Shown: piece by piece, positions 1-12,687 of the stretch
Layout of the letters: each line of letters opens with the position of its first letter
Position numbering within the stretch: position 1 is the stretch's first letter
DNA from: Xylographa opegraphella
Lineage: Eukaryota
Direction of reading: 5' to 3'
Length of the DNA stretch: 64,000 nucleotides
NCBI GenBank assembly: GCA_022813865.1
Contig: JALDZX010000015.1
Span: 186,001 to 250,000, forward strand
Position numbers and translations under genes: made by a program
Notes under the pieces: generated by a model
What the model saw: only the letters and a program-made list of their open reading frames with translations
What the model was told of the DNA's origin: nothing
Databases searched by the model: none

Positions 1-781
1 GTCTCGGTTCAACATACCTGGAAAGATCGCATGGGCAACGATGGAAGCTCCCGGGTTCATGCTACTTCTCTATATCATGTACAGTCTTCCAAAGCAAATT
101 GGCCTCGATCGCTTGCCAGCAGTCAATTGGGTTATGGCGGCTCTCTTCGTAAGTTATATGCTCTAACGGAGAGACCATGTCTGACAGCCACTCTCGACTG
201 TCCACTACATCTACCGCAGTCTGCTCGCGCCCTTGGTTCTAAATCCCAGCATGTCTCCTATACACCCAACAATATGGGCTTCTGCTCTATCGTTTCAAAT
301 CATCAACGCCACATGTATTGGAGGTTGGCTTGCTGGATACGGACCCACCACTGCCAACGACTGGGCTGGAAGAGCTGTCTTGATCGAGGTGGGTATGATG
401 ATCTGGGCCGCTGGATTTCTCGGTAACGTCTATCACGATGACGAGCTCCGAGAAGTTAGACGGGCAGCTGCCAGAAACCAAGAGAGAAAGGCGAAAAAGC
501 AAGAAGAGAGGGCCGGAAGTAAATCTGTTGACAAAGTTTACGAAGTTCCTCAGAACGGCTTGTTCAGGGCTATTTTATATCCACATTACCTTTGCGAATG
601 GATCGAATGGGGTGGCTTCTGGCTCATAGGGGGCTTGGGATGTGTTCCGGCAAGGTCATTTCTTATCAACGAGATTACAACTATGACACCACGCGCTGTG
701 TCAGGGCGGCGATGGTATATTGAAAGGTTTGGGAGAAAGAAAATTGGTAGCAGGAAAGCTATAATTCCTGGCATTCTGTAG
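1..781 (+). CDS. 3-oxo-5-alpha-steroid 4-dehydrogenase (steroid 5-alpha-reductase family), 5' truncated by window; exons <1-148, 197-781
   Basis: Spliced reading SRFNIPGKIAWATMEAPGF...ALF|TVHYIYRSLLAPLVLNPSMSPIH...GNVYHDDELR...PQNGLF...YPHYLCEWIEW matches the Steroid_dh motifs. Intron 149-196 contains an in-frame TAA and appears to end in CG (see findings). Confidence 0.9.
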
Positions 782-908
782 GAATGCAGGCAGCAGCCTG
801 GCTTGCTCAAAGGCACCTTAAACACAATCTCTATCCTTCAAATTACACATTTTGTGTAATGAACCTTTCAATGTTCCAAGATCTGGATCTCCGTCAGATA
901 TCCTCCCA

Positions 909-2050
909 TTAATTCGAGCGTTTCTTCTTCAATTGCCGCTGTAATGGTTCTATGGTTCTAACCACGGAGACCGCTTTACGGTGTATATTGCTGCTTGCTC
1001 CATCAAGTATGACGTGCCTTAAGCACGGCTTCAGGATCATGCCCAATGTTCCAATGTTACCATCTCCGTCGCACACGACTCTATCACTGGCTTTCAAAGG
1101 ACGCCGCATTGCAACGTCTTTCATACTCATTTCCTCCAGCTGAGTATAGTGTACCGTCTGCTGCACTTCCAATCGAGGTAGCGGTGAGGGTGGAACGAAG
1201 CTATACTGCCTCTGGGAGGATTGCATGATGTATGCCAATCTTATGGCTGGAACAATCACACCGCTGCCAAGGCTTTCGAACCACGCTCCTTGACTGATAA
1301 GACCTGGCATTACGCTATCAAGTGTTCTCGAATCTGCGATGTGGCGTATCTAGCTAGCCAAGCTCCATACATGGGATACTCTGGTGCCGCAATAAAAGAG
1401 GTAAGGGTTTCCGAGCGCCAGTTTCGGATCTTTTGCGGATCTAGTTGTACTCGAAATTGGCCGTCTGTCGTTACCCTAGCAAGGTGACGACTGGCCTCTA
1501 AATGGCTCGAACTGGCTTATGCCTTTCTTAACAGTACGGAAGAATTTATTGAGTGACCGACCAAACAAGGAATGAAATACACCGTCTCGAAACACTAGTG
1601 CATGGAGTGTCCTGTAGATCTCATGGTGGATCACAAGCTCCGCAGCATTAAAATGTTTGAAAAGGAGTTCTCGAGCAATTGCGGTCTCACTATTTTTACA
1701 CACTGTAATGACGATCATCTCGTTTCTCAAGATTTTCTCGATGTCTTCCGTCGTGTCCACCATTACCTCTTCAATCCACGCGAGTAGTGCTTGTGAAATT
1801 TGCTCATACTGGCCTGCGATCTCTGTCCCAGACGTCTGATTGAAAGGCTGTAACTGGCACAGATCCTTCTAACAGGCTTGGAGGCTCCGCTGAAGCTTTG
1901 CTGTTGTTAGCGACTTGCCTGAGTTATCAGCCTTCCTCTTCGCTCCTATGAATGCAGCGTTCTCATCCGGTAGCTGAGCTATGGTGGCCCGAGTCCTCTA
2001 GACTGCTTGCAGGCAGCTTCTGGAGTCTTTCCATTGGCTTGGCGGTCTTC
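909..2050 (-). pseudogene. Decayed fungal hypothetical coiled-coil gene, head-to-head with the Hsp70-like relic
   Basis: Minus strand reads ...LQRSLQAC*KDLCQLQPFNQTSGTEIAGQYEQISQALLAWIEE (TAG at 1869-1871), continues as ORF 1476-1763, breaks, and resumes as ORF 909-1310 ending ILKPCLRHVILDG...RKAVSVV. The 5' boundary is approximate. Confidence 0.55.
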
Positions 2051-2319
2051 GTCTTTCACGAGGTTTTGAATGTGAACCTTCAGACCGACCGTTGCATTTA
2101 GTAACTATTATATCCAACGTCAACGGCTGTCTGTTGTTACGATGGTTTGCAATGGTACTTTGTTGAAATCCCTCCGGCTTCGCCGATACCCTTCGGCTTT
2201 CACAGAAGAATGCTGCTGGATTGATACAATTGTTTCCAGGACCTAGCCTTGTGAGATTTGCTTCTTGCAGCCTGAATCACGGATGTTTATTGATCAGTGC
2301 GCAGATCTAATCTCTGACG

Positions 2320-3110
2320 GATACGAAGGGGTTACGTCCGACAAAGTGCCTTCGTTATATATGCTACTATTTGATCTAATCTCGCTAGCTGATCAGCCTT
2401 AGTGAGTTACCGTACTCTAGCAACTCCTTTCGATGGGTATCTCAATTCCAGAGAGTGGTTCTCAAATGCTCAGAGTTCAAGCTTGGATTGAATGCGGAGC
2501 AACTCTCCAAGCTATTCGGCTTACTCTCCAATTCGTCGGATGCTAAAGTCTTGCATCCTGCCCATAAGATACCAGCGGAGAAATTGATATCTGATTATCT
2601 TACAATACTCAGGAAGCATGGCTCGAAAGTTGAGAGGTGCAGCCTTCCGAAGTCTCTCGCACGGGATCTTTCATTCGAATAGATCATCACGACGCCAGCT
2701 GTTTGGAGTCCGAAAGCTCACGCGAAGACTCGAGCTGCAGCCGAACCAGCTGGCTTCGGGGAGGCCGAGAACATGCGTATTATATCGGAGCCAGAAGCTA
2801 CAGCAGTATTCGCTCTGCGTGCGATTTCGACTCACAGTCTTCCCATCGGCGACATATTTATCGTCTGTGATGCTGGTGGAGGTTCTGTCGAGCTCTACTC
2901 TTATAAGGTTTTGGCCATGGATCCAATACTGGGGATTGCGGAGGCGTGTCTCGGTTCTGGTGGTATCTACGGCGGCACTTTTCTGAACAGGAGATTCGAG
3001 GGTTTTCTCTGAGAGAAGCTGGGTGATGAAGATGAATGGACGCCGATGTTCTTGAGGAGGTACGAGTAGCATAGACCATGGCGTATTTTCGTAACGCTGT
3101 AACAAATACG
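2320..3110 (+). pseudogene. HSPA12-like (fungal atypical Hsp70, actin-like ATPase) pseudogene fragment
   Basis: FKLGL...LISDYL..LRKH, E*IITTPAVWS, IISEPEATA, FIVCDAGGGSVEL.SY, GG.YGGTFLNRRFE motifs. In-frame stops at 2680-2682 and 3010-3012, and the C-terminal half is missing. Confidence 0.85.
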
Positions 3111-3489
3111 TACATGGGACTGGCTTTTGCGATACTTGTTTAACCTGTGTTGCATCTCCACTATTTCACTACTCGTGAGCGGCAGATTGGACCGTCATCA
3201 GCATAGGAGTTATGCTTCATGTAGTATGTGATATCTAAATCCTTGCATCAAACCCCATATCTTGGATCTTACACCTCATACCGTAACACAAGAAGATAGG
3301 CATAGAATCTTGGAAGTACAGGAGCGACTTGTGTATCATCGTATTTGTGAAGCTAGCTAGTTCTAGGCTGTCATAACGTGGCAAACGGAAGAGCCGGGTA
3401 TCTCTGAAAAGCAGAAGTCCAACTAGCAGGGAAGAGCCGATACATGCGAATGAGATGGCAGAAGTTCTCGGCACAGAGAACGACCCTTC

Positions 3490-4663
3490 CTAAGAATAAT
3501 CAAAGTTTCGACGGACCCATGGCTGGTGGTATGTTGAATAGTCTATACCATCTATATTAGCATTGCTGTGGTTGAGAGATAAACCCGAAGATGATTACCT
3601 CTGGCACCCGACAGTCCGAGCTCTGTTGCTATATTGACGTAACCCTCGTCGTTGACTTCGCCTTTGCCTTTGACATTCTTGATTGAAGACTGATCTCCCT
3701 GCCACGGCGTACGACTACGTCATCTGTCAGATTTCGGTTCCCCAATTATGCGACGGAGGAAAAAATACATACCAGTAGACACAGGTAACTGTCTTTCCCG
3801 CCTGGCTCCGTGCCCATTGTTCGAAACACTCTCGATGTAGATTGTTACCACACGCGGCCTTGCAGAATACAATTTTCTTATCCTCTGCGTCAAGTTCGAT
3901 AAAGCATATGGGGCAGTCCCCGTCGATAGCTTTCCGGTTCGATGGATGATCAGGGTCAACCTCTTTCGCGGAGTCTTGCGAAGTGGGAGACAGTGGGGCT
4001 TGTGAGAAGATATCGCGAAGTTCCTATTTTCCCTGTAAGCATTGGGTCTGAATGCAGATGACGCTTATCTTACCGAGCTGAGGAAAGCTAATTGATATTG
4101 AAGGTCTTCCGGCACTTTGAGGACGTTATGCAACACCTGTAAACCAATTAGCAAGTGCGGTTTGGGGCGCTAGACTTGACATACGTAAATTATATGCTTA
4201 CACTGGATCCCTTTCCTATTGTCTGGACATGTACAGCTTGGTAACTTGTTTATGGAAACATGATATATGTTGCCTGTCGAACCAGCCATCTCAATCGTCT
4301 CTTCGGGAGCCTCATCGTTACCGTTGCGCTCTCGGCCAAGAACGAACATCCTATGCCTCTATGTCAGACCGTGTAAACAAAGCCAACATGAAGAGTAGCA
4401 TGCCTTTGTTCCAAGGCGCGGTTCAGCTTCTGGAGATAGCTTTGCGGAGGCTGTTTGCGAAATATTCTCATTCGCTTCTCTTCATCTTTGCCCTTACGGG
4501 GCGACGATGTCTTTTTCTTCTTCGCGCTTACCTCGATCGAATCGTCATCTTCGTTTGTGAGATCAATTGGAGAGTCTCTGCTTGTCGTTGTGGGTGCTCG
4601 TCGGCGACGCTTCCTTATGGGCGTCTGCTGCTCGCATTGTGGTGAATTTGGACTAGCTGCCAT
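3490..4663 (-). CDS. SWIM zinc finger + RING finger protein (6 exons)
   Basis: Spliced protein has GSTGNIYHVSI..PSCTCPD...QCKHIIYV (SWIM) and DCPICF...FCKAACGNNLHRECFEQW...TCVYCRTPW (RING). The first intron, 4403-4351, is GC-AG. Stop TAG at 3490-3492. Confidence 0.9.
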
Positions 4664-5082
4664 TGCGCAACCAAAACTAAAGTAACATTAGGGCTTGCAC
4701 TCAGTGAATTCTGCCTAAGCTGCAAAGTGACGCGCAGAGAATACACAGTTCTCAGTAAAGCGTTATTGCTTTACTCGCCACTCAATTTCAAGGGAACATT
4801 TGCGGGATGGACCCTGGCTTCGAGCAGGCCGATGACGTCGAACAAATCGCCAACTCACGTGACTGGCATACCCTAATCGACCTTGACATGCTAGGACATC
4901 ACTGGTCGACCACAAATGAACCAGATGTTAGTACGTTTCATTGTTGAACGTATTGTATTAGTACGTCTGGTCTAATTGTTTCATCTTGTAATGTCTTAAT
5001 ATACCATCTTATAACCGTACACCACCCAGGTCTAGCTATGCATTGCGTATCTTCAGCGTAGTTGTTGTGTTGTATTGTAGTA

Positions 5083-5689
5083 CTAGTCCCATTCTATCCG
5101 GCCAAAGGTATCCCATCCGTCAGTCTCACTCTCACTATTTTCGTCTTTATTTTTCACCTCGAACCAGACACGAGCGCCATAACTTATACACAACTCTTCG
5201 CCAGCATCGATGTCCCTAAGCGTCGTGTAGACGATGCTCTGAGATTTTAAGTTTCGTTTCCATCCGACATTCTGTCCATACGAACTGTCATGGTTAAAGA
5301 GAGAGCCCAAACCTAGGACCACAGCCTGCGTTTTGCACTCCTTCCCAGTGCGTTGATCTTGAAACGGCCAATTGCTGCTTCTCATTAAATTAGAAAACCA
5401 TAAAAATAATGGCAATAGTTCACAAAGTATAATCATCAAGACTGGTCGTCTTGATCTTATGAAGATCTTGGAGAGGTAGAATGATCACTGGACTTTCCTC
5501 GATGACTGTCCTTGCAGGAATGCTTTGAGAAGCAAAGACCCCACGACCTACTCGAACTTTAGCAGGATCCCGATCAGATAGCTTCTACTTTCGTCTCTTA
5601 CCTTTAGATGTATTGAGAATCAATACAAGCCCTGTATGCCTATTGAGAGAGACCTCATCTTCACTGTGGCCAGGAGACTGCTGCCGCAT
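5083..5689 (-). CDS. Small SET-domain methyltransferase (fission yeast Set7-like), 3 exons
   Basis: Spliced KGRGVFA...IPARTVIEESPV...YTFNW...LGLGSLFNH...NVGW...RDIDAGEELCISYG gives the SET motifs I, III and IV. Confidence 0.88.
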
Positions 5690-5916
5690 AATGAAAGGGA
5701 TGCTGGCATTAAGGTGGTTCTTTGACGATGTCGCTCGGTTAGGATAGGATACGAGCAACATCGAAACCAAACCACATTTCGCTACGTAATCATTAGACTA
5801 TCTTTGGAACCAGAATATAGTTCGCCAAACAGCATTTGGATTTGTTGCATTATATCTTGGATCACGATTAGCCAAAACTAGCTATTATCTCGAGGCCATC
5901 TACTTCGGAATCTAAG

Positions 5917-7036
5917 ATGGACTCATCTAAAGAGCCACACTCGTTGTCTCTAAAAGGCGAGCTACATATTCAGACTCCGTAAAAAGTTGTTACTAACATA
6001 TCAAGCAGTGTTACGGTGAGTTCGGCAACTGATTATTTTTAGTTGGAAGCTGATGCACATCAGGCTTTCAAAGCCGACATTAACAACGCAGAATCCGCTT
6101 GCACAACAGCAAGGCCAGAAGACCATTGATTCGCGGTCTGCCTTGGCTCTGCCAGAAGGAAACATTGACGATGCGTTTGTGCTTACGGCGTTGGTACTAA
6201 GCCTTCCAAGGACAGCGTTACCAAGTGACTAAACAATTTGGTAGCTTACTTTACCACCGGCATTCGGTACTGCTTATGTTGGAGAGGTGTTCGCATGTAC
6301 TCTAGTAGTGAACAATGAACTGTCCAATTCTACAGATCGGAAGGTAACGTCCGTAAAAATGAGCGCAGAGATACAGACTCCTTCACAGACGGTACCCTTG
6401 GAGCTTGCTCCCAATAACGACGAGGCTAGCAAGTCTGGCATAAACCGTGGCGAGTCACTGCAGAAGATTGTCCGCTATGATCTGCGGGAGGAAGGGAGTC
6501 ATGTTCTTGCAGTCAGTCTAAGCTACTCGGAGAACATTATTTCGAAGTCGGCAACTTCTGGAGGCCGGGTCCGAAGCTTCAAAAAGCTCTATCAATTCCA
6601 AGCTCAACCGTGTCTGTCTGTTCGGACGAAAGCGTCGGATTTACCCTCCCGGGATGCGGGTGAAAAAGAGCGTCGAGGACCAGGGCTTTCGAGGTACGCA
6701 CTGGAAGCACAACTCGAGAACCTGGCCGATGGATCGATCACCTTAGAACATCTCGCATTCGAGGCCAAAACCCCCTTCCGATCCACGTCACTCAATTGGG
6801 ATGTTCCATATTTGGATATGCCAGAACCCGAACCGCCCATGCTGGCACCACGAGAAGTCATGCAAGTAGCGTTTCTGATCGAGGAGCAGGTCACTAAAGG
6901 CGACGAGCTTGCCAAGGAGTTTACCAAGGACGGAAGAAGCATCCTTGGTGTCTTGACTATCCGCTGGCGGAGCGCCATGGGAGATGCGGGCGTGCTGAGT
7001 ACGGGTTGGCTCACGTCGCGAAGAAAAGGGATATGA
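5917..7036 (+). CDS. TRAPP complex subunit TRAPPC13-like (DUF974); exons 5917-5956, 6009-6015, 6064-6193, 6245-7036
   Basis: Spliced N-terminus EPHSLSLKVLRLSKP, then LTLPPAFGTAYVGEVF, LQKIVRYDLREEGSHVLAVS, RSFKKLYQF, LEAQLEN, and WRSAMGDAGVLSTGWL at the C-terminus. Confidence 0.88.
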
Positions 7037-8568
7037 GAGATTCTCGGCCCAGATGTGGGCTGCCAGCAGCAAGCCGATCGACAGCTGCAGTACCTACCTT
7101 AGTCTACCGACCAGGAGTGAACGCGACCCGAACCTGCACAGGGAGCCGCGCTTTGACTGTTACACGCGCTTTGGCGCCATTCAATCTGATATTTTGTACC
7201 CGTCCTGCCATTGTCGAGACCTGTGAGTAGGCAGCCGTCATCGACTGAAGAGAAACTTTTCGCTCCAACGCGATCGAAGCTTAAATTAACACACCCAGCT
7301 CCGGGACCTGCGTTTGTTCGACGTTGGGCATCCGATCTTAGCCCCTACACGTTGAGATCACATCTCTTCGTCCGGGTTCCCCTGACTTCAGGGGCCGTTC
7401 AGGTGGCTAAAGGAACGGTACGGTATTTGCTTGCGTGCATGAAGTAGCTCAAACTCTCTCCTGACGACGTCCAATTCCGAGAAACGCCAAGGTCCGTCAC
7501 ATGTTTGGCCCGAACAGGCTTAGCGCATCAAACATCCGACTCGTTACAGTCCCAATTCAGACGCTTTCTCAAGGAGAGGCAGGCCATGGCGGGCCACATG
7601 GAGGCGTCGGGTGGGATTGCGTTGGAGGCGTCGTTCCACCGTCGAGATGATTTAGGTACTCTGGCTCTCTGTCACGCACATGTGATGATGGTTGCCCAGT
7701 ATCATCAGAATAATAGGGGACCAATAATGCTTCTCAGGTAGTTTTGCGTACGCGTTCTCAGCGGTAGACTGCACAATTAAACTTCGATTGGCGATAACGC
7801 GCCATCAGCCAAAACACCCTCGACACGGGAGGTCTAACTCGAACGCGTAAAGGCTGTGCCTGGGACAGCTTCTGGACCCGCCCGCTTTCAGTTGCCAACT
7901 GGGCCGCCGCTCCGGCTAAACCCCACCCACTGACCATCGTGCCATCCTGGTCCCTGCCCACCACCACATAGACTCGATGGCGCTTTTTTCATCTGACTGG
8001 AACATGTGAGACAAAGTACCGTACTGTGTACTCAGTAGTGAACAACGGTCTTCGAAAGCTAGGTAGCCAGACTATCTACCTTCGCTACGTGCACACCCAT
8101 CCATAGAACCACCCCTCCCCACCCCCCCTACTAGTAATTTTATTAAATGTCAAGCGCTCCCCCACACGAGGGTCCAAGGTCAGCAGCTGATTGCTTGATG
8201 TGGTGGCCATCGCTTTTTGGAAATAGCCGCCGTACAACCACCAAACCCTAGCATATCTGCGCTCGTCCTGTAACGGTCAGCAAGAGCGGGAGTCCTGCAG
8301 AGGACACGAAGGAACGGGGCTGCAGACGCGAGGGCGTTGTTGCTTATCATCATTCCTGAGCTCCGATCCAATCATTATCTTTCCTGTCATTATAAGGCTT
8401 TCACTCTTTGCATTAGCATCGTCCCACCTCGAGTGCTCTCGAGGCGGAGGCTCGTTGAAGATTCTGCAGCCGATGGACTGAGCCTCCATTCACGGATCTG
8501 AGATCCCATGTTCGTCAAAATTGTGATCGAGATCCACTCAATCGTTTGTCCAGACTCGTGGTAACACC

Positions 8569-11500
8569 ATGGCTCCAGTACCGCCTGGAGAAACAATGTC
8601 CGCTCCATTGGCGGAGTGGTTCTTTATCGCTGGTCAGTGAACAGTTTGCCTCCACTGTGAACACGTACTAAAATCTGGACAGGTGTCGATAGCGAGCAGC
8701 TGAGATGGGCTGACCTTGAGGATAATCCATCCAAAGGTTCACCTCAAGCCTCAGTCGAACCTACTATCGAGGAAGACAAGCTCGCGGAAGCCGAAGATGA
8801 GCCAGTTATATCGTCCCCCTCACCTGCCTCTCCCTCGACCATTCGTCATGTCAGGAATAGCTCCTACAACCGCATCTCTCGACTCTCAGATGACAAACGA
8901 CTATCAATACAATCAATTCTCAGTACGTCAGATAAGAATGGAACCGACAGCAATAGAAGCAGTGCTACAATCAGGGGCATACGGGTAAACCGGTCGGGAC
9001 CACTCAGTGAGGTAGACTTTGAGAAGGCGCTTCGAAAATTTGCTTCGGAAAGAGACTCCTTTCTTTCGGATTTGACCTTGAGTGCGGGAGCTGTGGTACC
9101 CAATCGACCCAAGCCTCGACCAAGAACTCAAAGAATCGTCGCCGACGAGTCTACCGTCTCGAAGTCGGGGGTGGGAAGCTTACGAAGAAAAATTTCCTTC
9201 CGGGACATAACCAGCATGAAGAGACAACCGTCTGTCATGAGAAACTGTGAGTGATGATGAAATCGATCCCCGCCATCTTTGCTTCTCGCTTTCTGTCGTT
9301 GCTGTGTATCACTTCTATAGCGTAACCTTATCTGACCACCTTAGCTTCCGTACGGACCTCGAGACGATTGAGCAATTACAATTCCGTGATACCCAACCCG
9401 CAACCATTATCTGCAGAAGCCAATATGCATCCATTGAAACGGAAATTCGAGCCTGTTCTCCTCGACAGATATCCTCCTAAGAATATGGTCGAAGAAACCA
9501 AACGGAGAGGCACCTTCCCAGAGTACATACCGATGTTCGCATTCCCAAACGACGTAAATGTAGTATCTGCCGATGAGCGGCCCAGGTCTACTTGGCATGG
9601 CTTTGCTATGACTGGCAGTGACAACTCGAGACTGTATGGAATATGTCTCATTGTGTGGATGCCATTGAACGAGCGAGCTTCGGAAGAGTTGGAACACAGA
9701 TGTGAGCAATGGAGGAGACACAATATGACAGACGAGGAGCGTGAGCTGGCAAGCAGCCTTGGGGAGAGGTTGGCCTTGGAACGAGCCAAGCTCTCTCGCC
9801 TGCTGGCTCAATTACCAACCGTACCGTCCGGCTCTGAAGAGCGAGAAAAGCTCGAGGATGAGATAAGTGCCGTGGAAGAGAAAATTGGTTTAATGACCGA
9901 TTTGCTTCGACCAGTGCGACATGGAGCTGCCAGTAAGATCGATGGTCTTACAGATGGAGCCACCGGGCTCTGGATACCAAGGTCGTACGGAATCCTAGGA
10001 CGCGATCCTTCCTTGACCACATTCTGGAAGGAGTGGCTCAAAGCTGTTGTCGTACCAATGACTGACGGTGCCATCCTTCGAGTACCACCGAGCTCCCCCA
10101 AAATTGGGCTGTGGCAGCCGCTGGAAAGATATGTCATCAATCTCTGTGCAGAGGCAATATGTCCCATCTCATCAAAGACCCAGGTCGAGGTAGCTGTACG
10201 AGACTTGCGACTCTTTGCGAGGAAGGAAGCTATCAATGAACTACCAGGCTCTCGAAATGTAAGACATCTGTACGCTTTCACAAGTGCGACGCTGACGATG
10301 GTAGACCGATCTATATGCATTGTTTCGTGCTTTGTCGATACCCAATATCGTTGCTTTATTCGAGGTCAGTTGCCACATTGCTATTTCTCCGTACTTCTTT
10401 ATTGATATAACGTCTAGTTTGCATTGGCGGAATCGCGGATCATCCTTCTCTCATCTCACACTTCCATGCTCCACTTGGCAAGCAAGGCGCTGCTTGAGCT
10501 TTTATACCCCTTGACTTGGTCCGGCGTTCTGATCCCAGTGCTTCCTGCTCGGCTCATTCAAGCCATCGAGGCGCCGTGCCCCTATATTGTAGGTATCGAG
10601 CGGCGTTACGAAAAGGTTGAGCTTCCTGACGATGATTTTGTTTTGGTCGACCTCGATCAAGATGAAATTCAATCCACAACCCCTCCAGCTCCGTTACCGA
10701 AGCAGCAACGACGGAAGTTGATGTCTTTGCTACAACTAGCTGCACCGCACCATAACCGGTTTGGCGTACGACCTGGACCACCCGCATATGCCATTGAAAC
10801 ATTCCCTTTCAATACCTTTTCGTCCGAAAACTCTGCAATATACAATGGGAATACGCCCTCAACGTGTTTGGCAAAATTCGCCAGCCTTAACTCTACATCG
10901 TTCGGGGATAATATCTCACATTTCGCAGCCCAGCCACTTGTGTTTAACGCTTTCTCGCGAGTGAGAGATAACCATCGCCTCTATGATCGACCATCCACAA
11001 GTTCAACGACCAAGGAAAGTCCACCTCCTTCTTTATCACCCATCTCGGGACATTTCCCATCGCTTCCTACTACTCCTATCTCACGCAATGATTCTGGTAT
11101 TGCTCTACAAGCGACACTCCGTGAGAAGAGGTCTGGCCACTTCGATAATCTCTCTAGAAGAAGTTCGTCCTTTGGTTTCGATCGTAAGTCGACGTTAAGA
11201 CGGCCCAGCATTCCCTTTGTCGGTCATTCTTCCAGCCTTTCCATGACTACGATATCTACTGATGGACGAGCGTCACAATATGCACCGTCCACCTACGCAC
11301 AGTCAACGCTTGCAGCCTCGACCATCATGCCTGGCATGCTAATGCAGCCAGTCCGCAACACTGAAACCATGAACTGGGTTGAAGGCCATTGCCTGCAGTG
11401 GCGCCCCCGCGAAGATACAGCTATGTGTAATATCTGCGATGAAAGGGCGGAGGACGGTATCTATCGATGCTCTGGTTGCAGTATTTACGCCCATGGCAGA

Positions 11501-12245
11501 TGTGCGCAGGAGATCTGCCTAGTTTGTCCTGCAGCATTTCATCCTGAGCAGGTCCGTGCAGCTTTTGTTCGATGCTTTGCAAGCTTGTTCTATACGTACC
11601 GAAAGTTCTTGGGCCCTGCTATCAACGAACAAAGGAAAGCCGGACTAATTTTCAAGTTCAACATGGATGGATTTATAAGAAGTTTGCCTCACGAGAGTGC
11701 GAATTACATTGCAATGCTCAAACAAACACAAGGTGCATCCATCCTCCTTTAAAAGTCATACTTTTCGTGCCGACGCTAATGTTAGTATTCAGCCTTTAAC
11801 CAGTTTATATACGAACGAGAAACGAAAGCTGCCAATGATCCCACGGTATTGCTGTTTGATCAGGTTATCCTTGCAAAGAAGAACCGTGATCGCAGATCTT
11901 TTTTTAACAAATCAAGCACTTCATTCCTCTCGGACACGTCAGACCATCTATGGCGATCTGCAGCCACAACGCCAGTCAATAGCCGATTTCCAGGCGACTA
12001 TAGATCGATCATTACAAGAAGTAAAGTCATCTCCGAGATGGGTGAAGTGAATTCTAATGCTGATACTTTCGATAGTTCCCGCTAAGCTCGACCCAACATT
12101 AATGAAGGAACCGAGGGTGATTCAGGGGGTGCCTAGAATCAATAACGCCAAGGCGAGGCGGAAACCAATTCCAAGTATGCTCGGGCCAGCGGCACGGATC
12201 AATGGCCTTTCGATGAACGATCTTTCGATATCAGCTACACAATAG
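8569..12245 (+). CDS. DENN (uDENN/cDENN/dDENN, AEX-3) domain protein with C1-like zinc finger, putative Rab GEF; 7 exons
   Basis: APLAEWFFIAGVD N-terminus; PVLLDRYP, MFAFPND, ESRIILLSSH, LIPVLPARL..IEAPCPYIVG; CNIC..CSGC..H..C..C; FVRCFASLFYTYRKF. Six canonical GT-AG introns join ORFs 9368, 10424, 11849 and 12057. Confidence 0.92.
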
Positions 12246-12687
12246 CGCTGTTTGAGGCCGCGGGAATACACAGATCGAGAGAACGAATTCAGCAGTCCGC
12301 CGGATTCTGAGACTATCGCCACATCTATACGATAGCTTGATGGACTTGGTCATCCAGTAAATGCTGGACTATAGGTTGTTGGCTTACGACGAAATAGCGC
12401 ATAGTATTGCGGTATCTTGGATGTGTAGAACACGTCTTGGATGGCGTAGGGTGTCAAATATTTGGGCATGAGTTGTTATGATCGCCGTTTCTCAAGCAGA
12501 GCATGACGAAGAATGTACGATGATGTAGGAAATATAACTGCAAAGCGACGGCGCTTGGATTACCACAAAAATCACGAATATCTCGGATTTGGATGGAGGC
12601 ATAATAAGGCAGCGGCTCCGCACTCGGAGTTTTCCATAGCGGTATCTAGTAAATCCTTCCCCCCCCCCCCCCAAAAAAGCCCTCAAT

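Noticed and set aside
9247..9344. DENN intron 2 (98 nt) has GTGATGA near the 5' end and CTGA near the 3' end, like a box C/D snoRNA
   Set aside because: The C box abuts the donor and the CTGA is the branch point itself. I recognised no rRNA-complementary guide. A snoscan/Rfam search would be needed.
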